Shown here piece after piece: positions 28,601-35,345 of a DNA stretch of 64,000 nucleotides (position 1 is the stretch's first letter; every line of letters starts with the position of its first letter). The DNA is from Bacteroidales bacterium UBA3754. GTDB lineage: Bacteria > Bacteroidota > Bacteroidia > Bacteroidales > UBA1715. The notes beneath the pieces were generated by a model that saw nothing but the letters and a program-made list of their open reading frames with translations, was not told the DNA's origin and did no database searches. The stretch spans positions 9,755 to 73,754 of the forward strand of contig DFGI01000096.1 of NCBI GenBank assembly GCA_002371705.1, given 5' to 3'. A program made the position numbers and the translations under genes.

Positions 28601-30110
28601 CAATCGCAATAATCGTATCCTTCAACGTGGTACAACCATCACTCCATTCTGTAAAATGATATCCTGCTTTAGGTGTTGCCGTTGCTATTATTTGAGTTCC
28701 ATAATCATACTTATTCTGATTTGCCGTTGGCGAATACGAAACTGTTCCCATTCCCGTGTCATTCGACTTTATGGTAATAGTTTGTTTTCCCGAAGCAAGC
28801 CGTGCCGAATACGTTGTATTGCCCGTAACCCTCACACGACGGGGATTTTCGGTATTTCCATCCCCCCATTGAGAGAACTTCAGACCATGCCCTGGTTCAA
28901 TTGAAACCGAAATTTCTATTGTATCGCCATAGTAGTATGTTCCAGCTCCATTCACGGTATAGTACGAAGTCACATCTCTAAAATTCACCCTTGTAGTTCC
29001 TTTCTCCGTAGAAATAGTGTACTGTTTTGGGGTAAAAATTGCGGTATAGTTATACACTCCGTTTACCTCAACGTGGAAATCAATATTATCGTCGGTAATT
29101 CCCGCACCATCATCTTCCCAGTGGTCGAATATACCATGAATAGTTGGTTCGGCAGTAACTTGAGCCATATAATGCTCGCAATCAGCTTGTTGCGTGGTTA
29201 CCACAGTACCAAGTTCAGTATTATTTGTGGCTGTGTTCAATGTAATAACTGGCGATTCGGTAAAACCACCTGTCGCATCGGAATACGAGCCCCAATTTCC
29301 ATTTGCGCCAGTGTAGGAAGAACCAGCATCGCACGGCACATAAATAAACTGCAACGACGTTCCAATCAAATCTTTTGCCAATGTTGGCGGCGTGTCGGCC
29401 TTGAAAATCAACGTGGTAAGTTTCGGACAATTATCAAACACGCCATAGTCAATATTAGTCATTGATACAGGTACTGTAATCGACTCAACATTCTGTTGGG
29501 CATACACAGCATCAGTTGCCATTTTCGAAACCCCATCGGGAATCACATACGTCGTAATTGGATTATTGTCTGGCATTTTCACAATCGTTTCCATATCGGC
29601 TGTGTAAATAATACCATCAATAACAGCAAAACAAGTATTGCCATCTTCCAAGTGAATAAGCCGTAATTTAGGACAGTCGGTCACCCAACGGTCCTGAATT
29701 GTGCATACGCCAGAGCCTATGGTTATTTCCTCCATATTCGAACAGCCACGGAACGCCTCATACGAAATTTTTGTAAGCGACGGCGGCATCGATATAGAGG
29801 TAAGATTATTGCATTGGTAAAATGCCGCATTACCGATGGATGTCACACCATTTTCAATCACAACTGACTTTATACTTGTTCGGTATCTATACCACGGAGC
29901 ATTTCCGTTGCCACGGCAACCATAATCCCAATTACCATGGTAATTTCTCATAGTACCAGTACCATAAATCGTTAAAACACCCGACTCCGTATCAAGAGTC
30001 CACTGAATTGCACCTATCGTTCCCGTGTATATAGTAGCTTGCACCGCCAACCAACCAAACACAATACAAATTGCGGTACAGAATGTTCGTAAAAATCTAT
30101 TCATAGTCAT
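16602..30110 (-). CDS. giant T9SS-secreted surface protein, 4502 aa: signal peptide, BspA-type LRRs, divergent InlB B-repeats, 47 tandem ~69-aa Listeria-Bacteroides-like modules, second InlB-B block, T9SS C-terminal sorting domain
   Basis: A single uninterrupted 13.5-kb ORF. LRR_5-like segments occur at residues ~75-250 (GVTSIGNAAFYQCNNLTSISMPPSLTKISYEAFRGC). GYxFxxWxDG modules occupy residues ~290-725 and 3946-~4430. The last ~75 aa (IYVINPVGEI...GVYIVKLISPEGSVQVRKVLVR) look like a type A Por_Secre_tail. Confidence 0.9.
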   Translation of the reverse strand: MTMNRFLRTFCTAICIVFGWLAVQATIYTGTIGAIQWTLDTESGVLTIYGTGTMRNYHGNWDYGCRGNGNAPWYRYRTSIKSVVIENGVTSIGNAAFYQCNNLTSISMPPSLTKISYEAFRGCSNMEEITIGSGVCTIQDRWVTDCPKLRLIHLEDGNTCFAVIDGIIYTADMETIVKMPDNNPITTYVIPDGVSKMATDAVYAQQNVESITVPVSMTNIDYGVFDNCPKLTTLIFKADTPPTLAKDLIGTSLQFIYVPCDAGSSYTGANGNWGSYSDATGGFTESPVITLNTATNNTELGTVVTTQQADCEHYMAQVTAEPTIHGIFDHWEDDGAGITDDNIDFHVEVNGVYNYTAIFTPKQYTISTEKGTTRVNFRDVTSYYTVNGAGTYYYGDTIEISVSIEPGHGLKFSQWGDGNTENPRRVRVTGNTTYSARLASGKQTITIKSNDTGMGTVSYSPTANQNKYDYGTQIIATATPKAGYHFTEWSDGCTTLKDTIIAIGDATYVAFFAVNTYKITATPNDAAMGTCSGYGTFKTGASTTLEATPNPGYSFVRWNDGNTNRTRTLTSISADANYIAEFAPIPYTITVVSSDNDRGTVSGGGTYDYNTTTTIRAVAKTGYHFLNWEDDVYAPAERDVLVLGNATYTANFGLNSYEITATSADNSMGTVSGGGTYDYNSSVTLTATPKVGYHFVAWNDAVATDSRTITVTGDASYEATFAINQYTIVFKNDDGSELQSSSYDYLSLPSCEIPTKTATAQYTYTFAAWSPTVVNVTADATYTATYNATVNSYTITFKNEDGAVLQSSQVAYGEKPTYGGATPTKDATAQYTYTFAGWDKTISDVTGDAVYTATYNSTVNQYTITFKNEDATLQSLLLAYGATPEYSGITPTKTSTVQYDYTFNGWTPTITAVSSSAVYSATFASSLREYAVTFKNEDGTVLQSSNVAYGMVPVYSGATPEKSADAQYSYSFNGWNKEIVAVTGAVVYTAVYVSTVKEYTITFVDDDNSVLQSSKFAYGTMPTCDEPTKESTVQYSYSFNGWTPTVAAVTGEATYKATYVATLNKYTITFKNEDGTVLQSSKVNYGEMPSYSGATPVKSPTAQYTYTFADWNTEIVEVEGDATYTATYNQTVNSYVVTFKNEDGTVLQSGEIAFGAMPVYSGATPAKSATAQYTYSFAGWNKEIIAVTSSVTYTATFESTVNEYLVTFEDEDGTELQSSNVAYGVKPVYSGETPTKAATAQYSYTFNGWDKTIANVTESIVYAATYTATVNKYIISFKNEDGTILQSSDVNYGEMPSYVGETPTKSATAQYTYSFAGWNNTIVKVDGTAEYVAVYTPSLNSYHITFYDEDGTTVLQEKNVAYGETPTCQTPTKEATAQYTYTFEAWTPAIAQVTENASYTASYHAITNSYLVKFVDEDGEKVLQTSNVAYGEMPEYVEATPEKTATAQYTYSFAGWDKPIVAVTGAVVYTAVYSETVNSYTVVFVDENLSKLKEQVYEYGATPSCEPPSKAATAQYTYVFDGWSPAIGAVTGNITYTAMYAAEVNTYDAVFENEDGTELQKLEQLEYGTLPVYSGETPTKSATAQYSYVFKGWNKTIVPITEDVVYTATYTIHTNSYTIVFKNYDGTELQSAEVEYGVIPSYSGSMPTRPTDGINTYSFAGWDVDPVAVVGDAVYTATFSNATNKYVITFYDEDGETVLQDDEFVYGATPICENPQKAATAEYTYTFNGWSPAIEKVTGTASYVATYRAVKNTYVIDFVDEDGTTILQSSEVEYGATPIYVEATPIKASTAQYSYLFDGWNSEIVPVTGAATYLATYRATVNDYIIIFKDEDGTELKRYSVEYGETPSCEEPSKAATAQYTYNFAGWSPAVVPVDGTATYTATYESNVHTYVVTFKNENGDELQKIEDVAYGVTPVYSGATPVKASTEQYEYTFDGWDKTIVPVVGDVTYTATFAANLQKYIVVFKNYDGTELQSSQVEYGAVPVYSGATPIRPANDENTYTFVGWDNALTAVNTDAVYIAQYSNSLNSYTITFYDEDGTTELRSIELQYGATPVYTGVIPVKTATAEYTYSFDTWIPTIKPVTGDASYTAKYSAERNSYVVTFLDEDGETTLLSKSYEYGTMPVYTGATPTKASTAQYSYSFIGWNKPIATVIGNDTYVAVFTPTVNSYLVIFENEDGGELQKSLVEYGTMPLYEGETPVKASTIQYSYNFVGWDKTISEVVENVVYVATYEEVTRKYNVSFVNDDNTELQSMDYEYGAMPLYEGETPVKDATAQYTFEFDGWDKTIIPVTGDATYVATFSKTTNSYEITFKNYDGTVLQSSQVAYGEIPSYNGEIPARPSEAGNNYLFKGWNVPIAPVSADMEYVATYSDETTTYPISFYDEDGTTLLHKIDFVYGAMPTCSNPTKDDDERYTYSFAAWHPELHEVDGAESYVASYQAHKKSFTITFVDEDGETVLASAQYEYGAIPSTAVPTKLSTAQYSYSFAGWSPAVVPVTENATYTATYRAVTNSYRITFVDENSNKIFAQDYEYGAMPSCVAPQKDATAQFTYTFDGWSPAVAEVTGTAVYKATYSESVNSYEIMFKNDDGSVLQRSTVAYNAMPLYEGAEPTKSATAQYSYEFAGWNKTIRAVVGDEIYVATYSVSINTYLVTFKNFDGEVLQSSNVAYGTIPSYNEAVPTKPADEEYEYSFVGWNKTIDVVTEDVVYTAVFTKSTNSYTIIFRNYNDTILQTSQFGYGALPMCPIPTRNADVRYTYVFNSWTPELTAVAFDAEYFATYTAITNKYVVTFVDEDGETILQKREYEYGAMPTYSGAMPTKSSTDQYSYVFNGWDKSITKVTGETVYTATFVEQERKYTITFVDEDYSVISTMEYAYGATPTIAAPEKSSTAQYSYEFKGWTPAISEVVANATYRAEYDVVVNQYVVKFNNADGTELQSSNVLYGSHPVYEGETPSKPSTMQYSYEFAGWNKPLVDVSCDVVYTATFTESVNEYTVIFKNYNGDILQISKVAYGNYPSFVGAVPTKPSENGKTYSFAGWNVVPSRVTDNAVYTATFTDATTMFEITFVDDDGSVLQQSNFAYGAMPICAVPSKLADAQYTYDFDSWYPKPTIVTEDKTYTATYKSEKKKYLVTFKDDDGTILQSQQYEYGEKPVCAAPTKAPTAQYSYTFAGWNYHVIEVAADAVYTATYVQSTNQYTVSFLDDDNSIIASVIYDYGQMPSMENPTKASNNQYEYLFEEWTPSLVEVTADASYKASYSATERTYSVVFANEDGTELQRTDETYGTYPAYVGETPQKEGNAQYSYEFTGWNKTIVAVTGNTTYIAVFMQVTNKYVVTFKDEDGEVLQSSEMPFGSYPSYENQYPTKVGEEGVTYTFAGWNTELVKVTDDAEYIATYTTETQLYQITFKNYNDQILQRTDVPYGAMPTCYAPTRVADAQFSYEFDSWSPDLIPVERAATYYAVFKEHLNTYSVKFVEEDGTMLDGSGVFAYGEKLSVPTPSKPATEQYVYTFIGWDKPVEVVTADVVYTARFSQSLRKYAITFEDENGEKLSASGEYEYGSLPTCNAPTKPSNEQFTYSFEGWNPAITPVNAATTYRPQYSEITNTYSIAFVNEDGTELQNTQVLYGEMPEYHGAVPTKMGSERESFAFIGWNKTIVPVVGDETYTTMYESVANTYTVVFKNEDGSVLQQSSYEYGVVPSYDGALPQKPNDVGNVYTFAGWNVTPVKVVGDAVYTATYMLASDMYVITFVDEDGTILQQTEFNYRSVPTCPIPTKLADDKYSYTFESWSPDLQPVTTEATYTAVYAKTPKTYLVNFMSEDGTTVLLKQMAHYGEMPTFTEEIPAKVGNEQYSYSFCCWSPELESVTGNATYTITYNTVVNQYVVSFKNYDGTMLQVSVLNYGDMPLYDGETPKRATDAASSYTFKGWNHDISPVTKTETYVAQYTVSPAKYSITATANNVAYGYVDGGGIYDYNYSLELRAVENYGYHFVRWSDGVMQNPRQLTVLKNYSVEALFEPLQYSISIAVNNSNFGYIEGGYDLYDFNSEVTVEAVPNEGYEFYQWANGSKNTQKTFVMNGDMYDTAYFKPKTFIVSAMTNDVLMGTVAGVGSYNYNSMVTLTAEPRDGFEFVKWDDGNTNATRKFVIVNDTTFMAVFKPTQYTVTLTVNNENYGEVFGAGVYNINVDTVIEARCKYGYEFIEWSDGVVDMKRRIVVVEDTTYEARFKPIVYELSLYSSDESMGSVDGSGSYEYGSDIEIAAVPEKGYRFDSWSDGDTVALRTYRIKASTNLVANFVPIEYEVRLSVNDSYFGTVEGAGLYSYQSDAELVANPIYGYKLGGWSTGQTTDTIRVTVLSDTLIIANFVPEQYQLTLKLSDDSAGVVTGDGIFDFMQVAVVSVQAAEGYEFIEWSDGNTDTVRNIMMTKDVELEARFRKIENTELQLYTIPHYIILKYVKDYDIYVINPVGEITHFTSKSPDIDVEYYMPTMGVYIVKLISPEGSVQVRKVLVR
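18276..27935 (-). repeat. coding tandem array: 47 modules of 67-70 aa (consensus YTITFKNEDGTVLQSS.V.YG..P.YSG.TPTK.ATAQYTYTFAGW.K.I..VTGDAVYTATY....N.)
   Basis: I delimited the modules by hand at residues 726..3945 of the 4502-aa ORF. Modules 13-47 (18276..25472) follow a 5-module order. Confidence 0.85.
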
Positions 30111-30262
30111 ACAAATCTAATGTGTGCATATAAATTCACACAACAAACCAAGTTCGTAAATATATGACTATTTTGTCAAAAATGCAATATTTTGGAAGTG
30201 AAAATATACAATGTTCAAAGTTCATTTTTTCTTCAGTCTATTTCAATTTTCCAAAAAAAGAT

Positions 30263-30270
30263 TATTTTTG
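30263..30270 (+). promoter_or_regulatory. -7 promoter box TATTTTTG upstream of the tRNA-Leu pair
   Basis: Matches TAnnTTTG and ends 11 nt before tRNA position 1. Confidence 0.4.
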
Positions 30271-30281
30271 CACGTCTATTT

Positions 30282-30365
30282 GCTCGAATGTTGGAATTGG
30301 TAGACAAGCATGTTTCAGGAGCATGTGTCTTCACGGACATGCGGGTTCGAGTCCCGCTTCGAGCA
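30282..30365 (+). tRNA. tRNA-Leu (anticodon CAG)
   Basis: Acceptor GCTCGAA pairs with TTCGAGC. The anticodon stem is CATGT/GCATG with loop TTCAGGA. There is a long variable arm, and the T arm is GCGGG-TTCGAGT-CCCGC. Confidence 0.9.
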
Positions 30366-30382
30366 CACAGAGTTCTTTATTT

Positions 30383-30466
30383 GCTCAGGTGTTGGAATTG
30401 GTAGACAAGCATGTTTGAGGGGCATGTGGCCATTAGGCCGTACGGGTTCAAGTCCCGTTCTGAGCA
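30383..30466 (+). tRNA. tRNA-Leu (anticodon GAG)
   Basis: Acceptor GCTCAGG pairs with TCTGAGC (one G-U pair). The anticodon loop is TTGAGGG. There is a long variable arm, and the T arm is ACGGG-TTCAAGT-CCCGT. Confidence 0.9.
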
Positions 30467-30471
30467 CTGCA

Positions 30472-30506
30472 AAGCCTTGTAGGTACAAACTTACAAGGCT
30501 TTTTTA
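30472..30506 (+). terminator. intrinsic terminator after the tRNA-Leu pair
   Basis: The stem AAGCCTTGTA pairs with TACAAGGCTT across a 10-nt loop, followed by T6. Confidence 0.7.
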
Positions 30507-30520
30507 TAGGAATTAACACA

Positions 30521-31564
30521 ATGGATTCTCAAATATATATAGGTCTGATGTCGGGCACGTCGGTTGACGGGCTGGATATGTGCGCAGCAACTTTTCAAAA
30601 CAAAAACTACGAAATCATTGCGGCGGAAACGTGTTCCTATCCTGAAGATTTGCACAAAAAATTGCTCAACGCACACTTGTTAGGTGCATCGGAACTGGCA
30701 CAACTCCATATAGACTTTGGCACATTCTGCGGACAAAAAGTAAAAGAATTCATCAGCAAAAAACATATAAACGCTTCATACATAGCAAGCCACGGACAAA
30801 CGGTGTTCCACACGCCACACACAGGACTCACACTCCAAATTGGCTCAGGGGCGCATATCGCCGCCGAAAGTGGCATCTCCACCATCTGCGATTTCCGAAT
30901 CCTCGATGTGGCTATGGGCGGACAAGGCGCACCACTCGTACCAATTGGCGATGAACTGCTATTTTCTGAATATGATTATTGTCTCAACATTGGTGGGTTT
31001 GCAAATGTTTCCACAAATGAAAACGGAACTCGAATCGCATGGGACATTTGCCCAGCAAACATCGTGCTGAACGCATTTGCCAAAACCTTCGGACAAGAAT
31101 TCGACAAAAATGGGGAACTCGGGCAAAAAGGAACAATACACACCAAATTGCTTGACGCACTCAACGCATTGCCGTTTTATACCGAACAAGCACCCAAATC
31201 ACTCGGACGGGAATGGGTTGAAACCAACATACAACCATTAATACAAAGCGCTAATATTAGTATTGAAGACGCAATGCGCACCTACTACGAACATTGCGCA
31301 ACACAAATCGGAAAAAATCTACAAAAAGTGAATTCCAAGACACTTTGTACCGGCGGAGGCGTGAAAAACACATTTTTAATGCACCGAATCGCCCGACACA
31401 CAAACTCCACTCTCATCATTCCCGACACACAATTAATCGACTACAAAGAAGCGTTGATTTTCGCATATTTAGGCTATCTGCGAATCAACCACCAACCAAA
31501 CTGCTTGGCTTCGGTAACTGGAGCAAAACAAAACGTATGTGGAGGTGTTGTTTGGGAAGTGTAA
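30521..31564 (+). CDS. anmK: anhydro-N-acetylmuramic acid kinase
   Basis: 347 aa with N-terminal IGLMSGTSVDGLD and a GGGVKN motif near the C-terminus. Confidence 0.85.
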   Translation: MDSQIYIGLMSGTSVDGLDMCAATFQNKNYEIIAAETCSYPEDLHKKLLNAHLLGASELAQLHIDFGTFCGQKVKEFISKKHINASYIASHGQTVFHTPHTGLTLQIGSGAHIAAESGISTICDFRILDVAMGGQGAPLVPIGDELLFSEYDYCLNIGGFANVSTNENGTRIAWDICPANIVLNAFAKTFGQEFDKNGELGQKGTIHTKLLDALNALPFYTEQAPKSLGREWVETNIQPLIQSANISIEDAMRTYYEHCATQIGKNLQKVNSKTLCTGGGVKNTFLMHRIARHTNSTLIIPDTQLIDYKEALIFAYLGYLRINHQPNCLASVTGAKQNVCGGVVWEV

Positions 31565-32755
31565 CTACAACATTCCCAGCACATACGCCAAAGCAAGACC
31601 AATATACGTTCCCACTGCATAGCCAACCAAACCAATAGCCAATCCACTCACCAGAACCTTCTTGTTGCCCATAGCCCCCACTACTGGCGGAATAAACGGA
31701 GGGGAACACAGTAGTCCTATATTCGCAACCACAAACAAATCTCCCTCAATTTTGAAAATCTTACAAACTATAAAGTGCAGAAGAATGGAAACAAGCAACA
31801 CAAACAGCACAAAATACACAAGTGTGACTATTGTCGTACGCAACATATAAAAATCGAACTGCGAGGCAACAACCACGCTGAACATAAGAATCAGCACCAT
31901 TCCCATTTCGAACGTTTTCGGCAATTCCCTGATTTTCCTGCAAAACGAAGCACAGATTGCCAATGTCGTTACAGTTACAGTCACCACCATTTCGTTGATG
32001 CCTCCACAAACCGCATACGAAAGCCCGACTCCCACACCAACAAATGCAAGCGCAAGCAGTAGCGCTACAATAATTTTGGGGAGAATTTTCCCCGACAACA
32101 TTCCGCTATAATCCTCCACATCGGTGATTTTCACCGATTCAGTCATATCCGACTCCACCGTTTTTGATTCATACGGCAGTAATTTACGAAACAAATGGTA
32201 TCCACCACCCACAATAAACAAAATCAAAGGAAATGTAATCAACATTTCTATGGTAAGCAGACAAGTCATTATTGTGGAATCAATATGCAAAGAGGCGCCA
32301 AGTGCCGCAAAATTCATAGTTCCTCCTGTGTAAATTCCAATCATCATTGCTGCCAAATCCGAAAAATTTTCAATTCCACAATCCCGAAACACGAAAAATC
32401 CCGAACATACAGCCACCACCACCGCAAACAATCCTCCCACAAGCGCAATAATAGTTTTTGGTAACGATTTCGCCCACATTCGAAAATCAGAACTGAGCAA
32501 CATCAACGGAATTGCCAATGGAACCGTGCAATCCATAATCCACTTTTGAATACTGCGCATTGTCTCAGCCTCGGCACTACCCGACTCAAACACCGTCAAA
32601 TTTGATAGGGATAGCACTATTCCCACCGCATACGCCATAATAACTGTACCAACCTTTTGCGCCCAACTCCATTTCTGAAACGCCCAAACAATAAGCATCG
32701 GCATACATAAATATATGAAGACAATGAATCCTATCCGCATTACATTTTTTTTCAA
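31565..32755 (-). CDS. polytopic inner-membrane protein (DUF819-like, tentative)
   Basis: 396 aa and hydrophobic throughout (~10-12 TM). The family name is only a recollection. Confidence 0.45.
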   Translation of the reverse strand: MKKNVMRIGFIVFIYLCMPMLIVWAFQKWSWAQKVGTVIMAYAVGIVLSLSNLTVFESGSAEAETMRSIQKWIMDCTVPLAIPLMLLSSDFRMWAKSLPKTIIALVGGLFAVVVAVCSGFFVFRDCGIENFSDLAAMMIGIYTGGTMNFAALGASLHIDSTIMTCLLTIEMLITFPLILFIVGGGYHLFRKLLPYESKTVESDMTESVKITDVEDYSGMLSGKILPKIIVALLLALAFVGVGVGLSYAVCGGINEMVVTVTVTTLAICASFCRKIRELPKTFEMGMVLILMFSVVVASQFDFYMLRTTIVTLVYFVLFVLLVSILLHFIVCKIFKIEGDLFVVANIGLLCSPPFIPPVVGAMGNKKVLVSGLAIGLVGYAVGTYIGLALAYVLGML

Positions 32756-32907
32756 AAGTACACGATTTTCACTATTTCAAATCAAAACAATAAATTTCTA
32801 TAAAAAAAATCGCGCACAAACTAAAATTTTTCAAACTGATTATCAACCACTTACAAATTTTCTTAAAATTTTTACCTATCAACACGGTAGGTTAAAGGAT
32901 TTTTATA

Positions 32908-32915
32908 TATATTTG
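32908..32915 (+). promoter_or_regulatory. -7 promoter box TATATTTG upstream of metY
   Basis: Exact TAnnTTTG, 49 nt upstream of the ATG at 32964. Confidence 0.4.
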
Positions 32916-32963
32916 CAATGTCAAATTAAACGAAAACGATAGATTATAAAATAGGAGGTTATT

Positions 32964-34253
32964 ATGAGCGAACAGAAGTACAAATTCGAAACATTACAGT
33001 TACACGTAGGTCAGGAACAAGCAGATCCGACATCGGATTCACGAGCAGTTCCAATTTATCAAACAACATCGTACGTGTTCCACAACTCAAAGCACGCCGC
33101 CGACCGATTTGGTCTTGCCGATGCAGGAAATATTTATGGTAGATTAACAAACTCAACGCAGGATGTGTTGGAAAAACGAGTAGCAGCATTGGAAGGTGGC
33201 GTTGCCGCTTTGGCTTTGGCTTCTGGTGCAGCAGCAATCACTTATACCATACAAGCGCTGGCTCAAAAAGGCGACAATATTGTTGCTCAAAAAACAATTT
33301 ACGGTGGTTCATACAATTTACTTGCGCACACGTTGCCACTTTACGGAATCGACACCACGTTTGTTGATGCGCACAACCTTTCTGAAGTTGCCCAGGCTAT
33401 CAAACCAAACACAAAAGCAATTTATTTGGAAACATTGGGGAATCCAAACAGCGATATTCCTGATATTGACGCAATTGCGGAAATCGCCCACAAAAACAAT
33501 ATTCCACTTGTTATCGACAATACCTTCGGAACACCGTATCTCATCCGCCCAATCGAACACGGAGCCGACATTGTGGTTCATTCCGCCACAAAATTCTTAG
33601 GTGGCCACGGCACAACGCTTGGCGGTATCATAGTTGACAGCGGTAAATTTGATTGGAAAAAAGCAGGAAAATATGCACCAATTGCCAATGCAAATCCAAG
33701 TTACCACGGAATTTCATTCGCCGATGCTGTTGGACCAGCCGCTTTCGTAACATACATCCGTGCAATTTTGCTCCGCGACCAAGGTGCGGCAATCAGCCCA
33801 TTCAACGCATTCTTATTGCTCCAAGGCGTGGAAACACTTTCTCTTCGTTTGGAACGCCACGTTGAAAACACGAAAAAAGTTGTTGCATATCTAAAAAGCA
33901 ACCCATTGGTGCAAAAAGTAAACCATCCATCGCTTCCAGAGCATCCTAACCACGCATTATACGAACGGTATTTTCCAAATGGTGGCGCAAGCATATTCAC
34001 TTTCGAAATAAAAGGAGGTAAAGAAGCTGCTTGGAAATTCATCGACAACTTAAAGATTTTCAGTCTTTTAGCAAACGTTGCAGATGTAAAATCGTTGGTA
34101 ATCCACCCTGCTTCAACAACTCATTCACAATTAAGTGACGAAGAACTTGCAGACCAAGGAATTACACAAGGTACAATTCGTCTTTCAATCGGAACAGAAC
34201 ATATTGACGATATTATCGCCGATCTGGAAACTGGATTCCAAGCAATACAATAA
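32964..34253 (+). CDS. metY: O-acetylhomoserine aminocarboxypropyltransferase (O-acetylhomoserine sulfhydrylase)
   Basis: 429 aa of the Cys/Met-metabolism PLP family. The PLP-lysine motif HSATKFLGGHG is present, and the N-terminus FETLQLHVGQE is typical of MetY/MetZ. Confidence 0.85.
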   Translation: MSEQKYKFETLQLHVGQEQADPTSDSRAVPIYQTTSYVFHNSKHAADRFGLADAGNIYGRLTNSTQDVLEKRVAALEGGVAALALASGAAAITYTIQALAQKGDNIVAQKTIYGGSYNLLAHTLPLYGIDTTFVDAHNLSEVAQAIKPNTKAIYLETLGNPNSDIPDIDAIAEIAHKNNIPLVIDNTFGTPYLIRPIEHGADIVVHSATKFLGGHGTTLGGIIVDSGKFDWKKAGKYAPIANANPSYHGISFADAVGPAAFVTYIRAILLRDQGAAISPFNAFLLLQGVETLSLRLERHVENTKKVVAYLKSNPLVQKVNHPSLPEHPNHALYERYFPNGGASIFTFEIKGGKEAAWKFIDNLKIFSLLANVADVKSLVIHPASTTHSQLSDEELADQGITQGTIRLSIGTEHIDDIIADLETGFQAIQ

Positions 34254-34302
34254 CAGAAAAACAAATAACTCATATTTCATAACTAATAACTCTTAAATAA
34301 TT

Positions 34303-35235
34303 ATGGCACAGATATTTAAATCAGCAGATCAGTTAATAGGACACACTCCCCTATTGGAACTCACACATCTTGAACAAGCATATAATCTTGAAGCAAAGAT
34401 TTATGCAAAATTGGAATATTTCAATCCTGCCGGCAGCGTGAAAGACCGTATTGCAAAGGCAATGATTGACGAAGCGGAAAAGTCGGGTAAACTCAAGAAA
34501 GATTCGGTGATTATTGAACCGACAAGTGGAAACACTGGTATTGGACTTGCAAGCGTTGCGGCTGCACGCGGCTACCGAATCATCATCACTATGCCAGAAA
34601 CGATGAGTGTGGAACGCCGCCAACTTATGAAAGCCTATGGTGCGGAATTGGTTCTTTCCGATGGCACAAAAGGAATGAAAGGTGCTATTGCAAAAGCACA
34701 GGAATTAGCAGATTCTATTCCAAATAGCTTCATTCCAGGCCAATTCGTAAATCCAGCCAATCCAAAAGCTCATTTTGAAACCACTGGACCTGAAATTTTT
34801 GAGGATACCGACGGAGCTGTTGATATTTTCGTTGCTGGCGTTGGAACTGGTGGAACTATCACAGGCGTAGGCCAATATTTGAAATCAAAGAAAGCAAGCG
34901 TAAAAGTAATTGCTGTTGAACCAGCCACATCAGCGGTACTTTCAACGGGCGTTGCTGGAGCCCACAAAATCCAAGGTATTGGCGCAGGTTTCGTTCCCGA
35001 TGTGCTCGACACAAAAATCTACGATGAAATTATTCCCGTGCAAAACGAAGATGCCTTTGCCACTGGGAAAGAAATTGGACACAAGGAAGGCGTGTTGGTT
35101 GGTATTTCGTCGGGAGCGGCTGTATGGGCAGCCTTGCAAGTAGCAAAACGTCCCGAAAATAAAGGGAAAAACATTGTCGTATTGCTTCCCGATACTGGCG
35201 ACCGTTATCTTAGCACTCCATTATTCGCTGACTAA
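34303..35235 (+). CDS. cysK: cysteine synthase A (O-acetylserine sulfhydrylase)
   Basis: 310 aa with the PLP lysine in NPAGSVKDR, plus TSGNTG and [10 protein letters not shown] motifs. Confidence 0.9.
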   Translation: MAQIFKSADQLIGHTPLLELTHLEQAYNLEAKIYAKLEYFNPAGSVKDRIAKAMIDEAEKSGKLKKDSVIIEPTSGNTGIGLASVAAARGYRIIITMPETMSVERRQLMKAYGAELVLSDGTKGMKGAIAKAQELADSIPNSFIPGQFVNPANPKAHFETTGPEIFEDTDGAVDIFVAGVGTGGTITGVGQYLKSKKASVKVIAVEPATSAVLSTGVAGAHKIQGIGAGFVPDVLDTKIYDEIIPVQNEDAFATGKEIGHKEGVLVGISSGAAVWAALQVAKRPENKGKNIVVLLPDTGDRYLSTPLFAD

Positions 35236-35316
35236 CAGGCAGTTTCAATTGTTGAATGCAAAAAGAATCGCTGCAAGGCTTGTGGTGATTCTTTTTGCGT
35301 TTTGTAAATAGTTACG

Positions 35317-35324
35317 TATCTTTG
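35317..35324 (+). promoter_or_regulatory. -7 promoter box TATCTTTG upstream of the Rrf2 gene
   Basis: Exact TAnnTTTG, 22 nt upstream of the ATG at 35346. Confidence 0.4.
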
Positions 35325-35345
35325 TATGATTTTTAAAAATTAAGA

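Noticed and set aside
30164-30516. Three overlapping plus-strand ORFs (84, 70 and 68 aa)
   Set aside because: They are translations of the two tRNA-Leu genes and their spacer.
32756-32963. A possible SAM riboswitch or T-box upstream of metY
   Set aside because: The 208-nt leader is very AT-rich. I could find none of the conserved helices or core motifs of SAM-I, SAM-II or T-box elements. Only a promoter box and an SD are visible. An Infernal scan would settle it.
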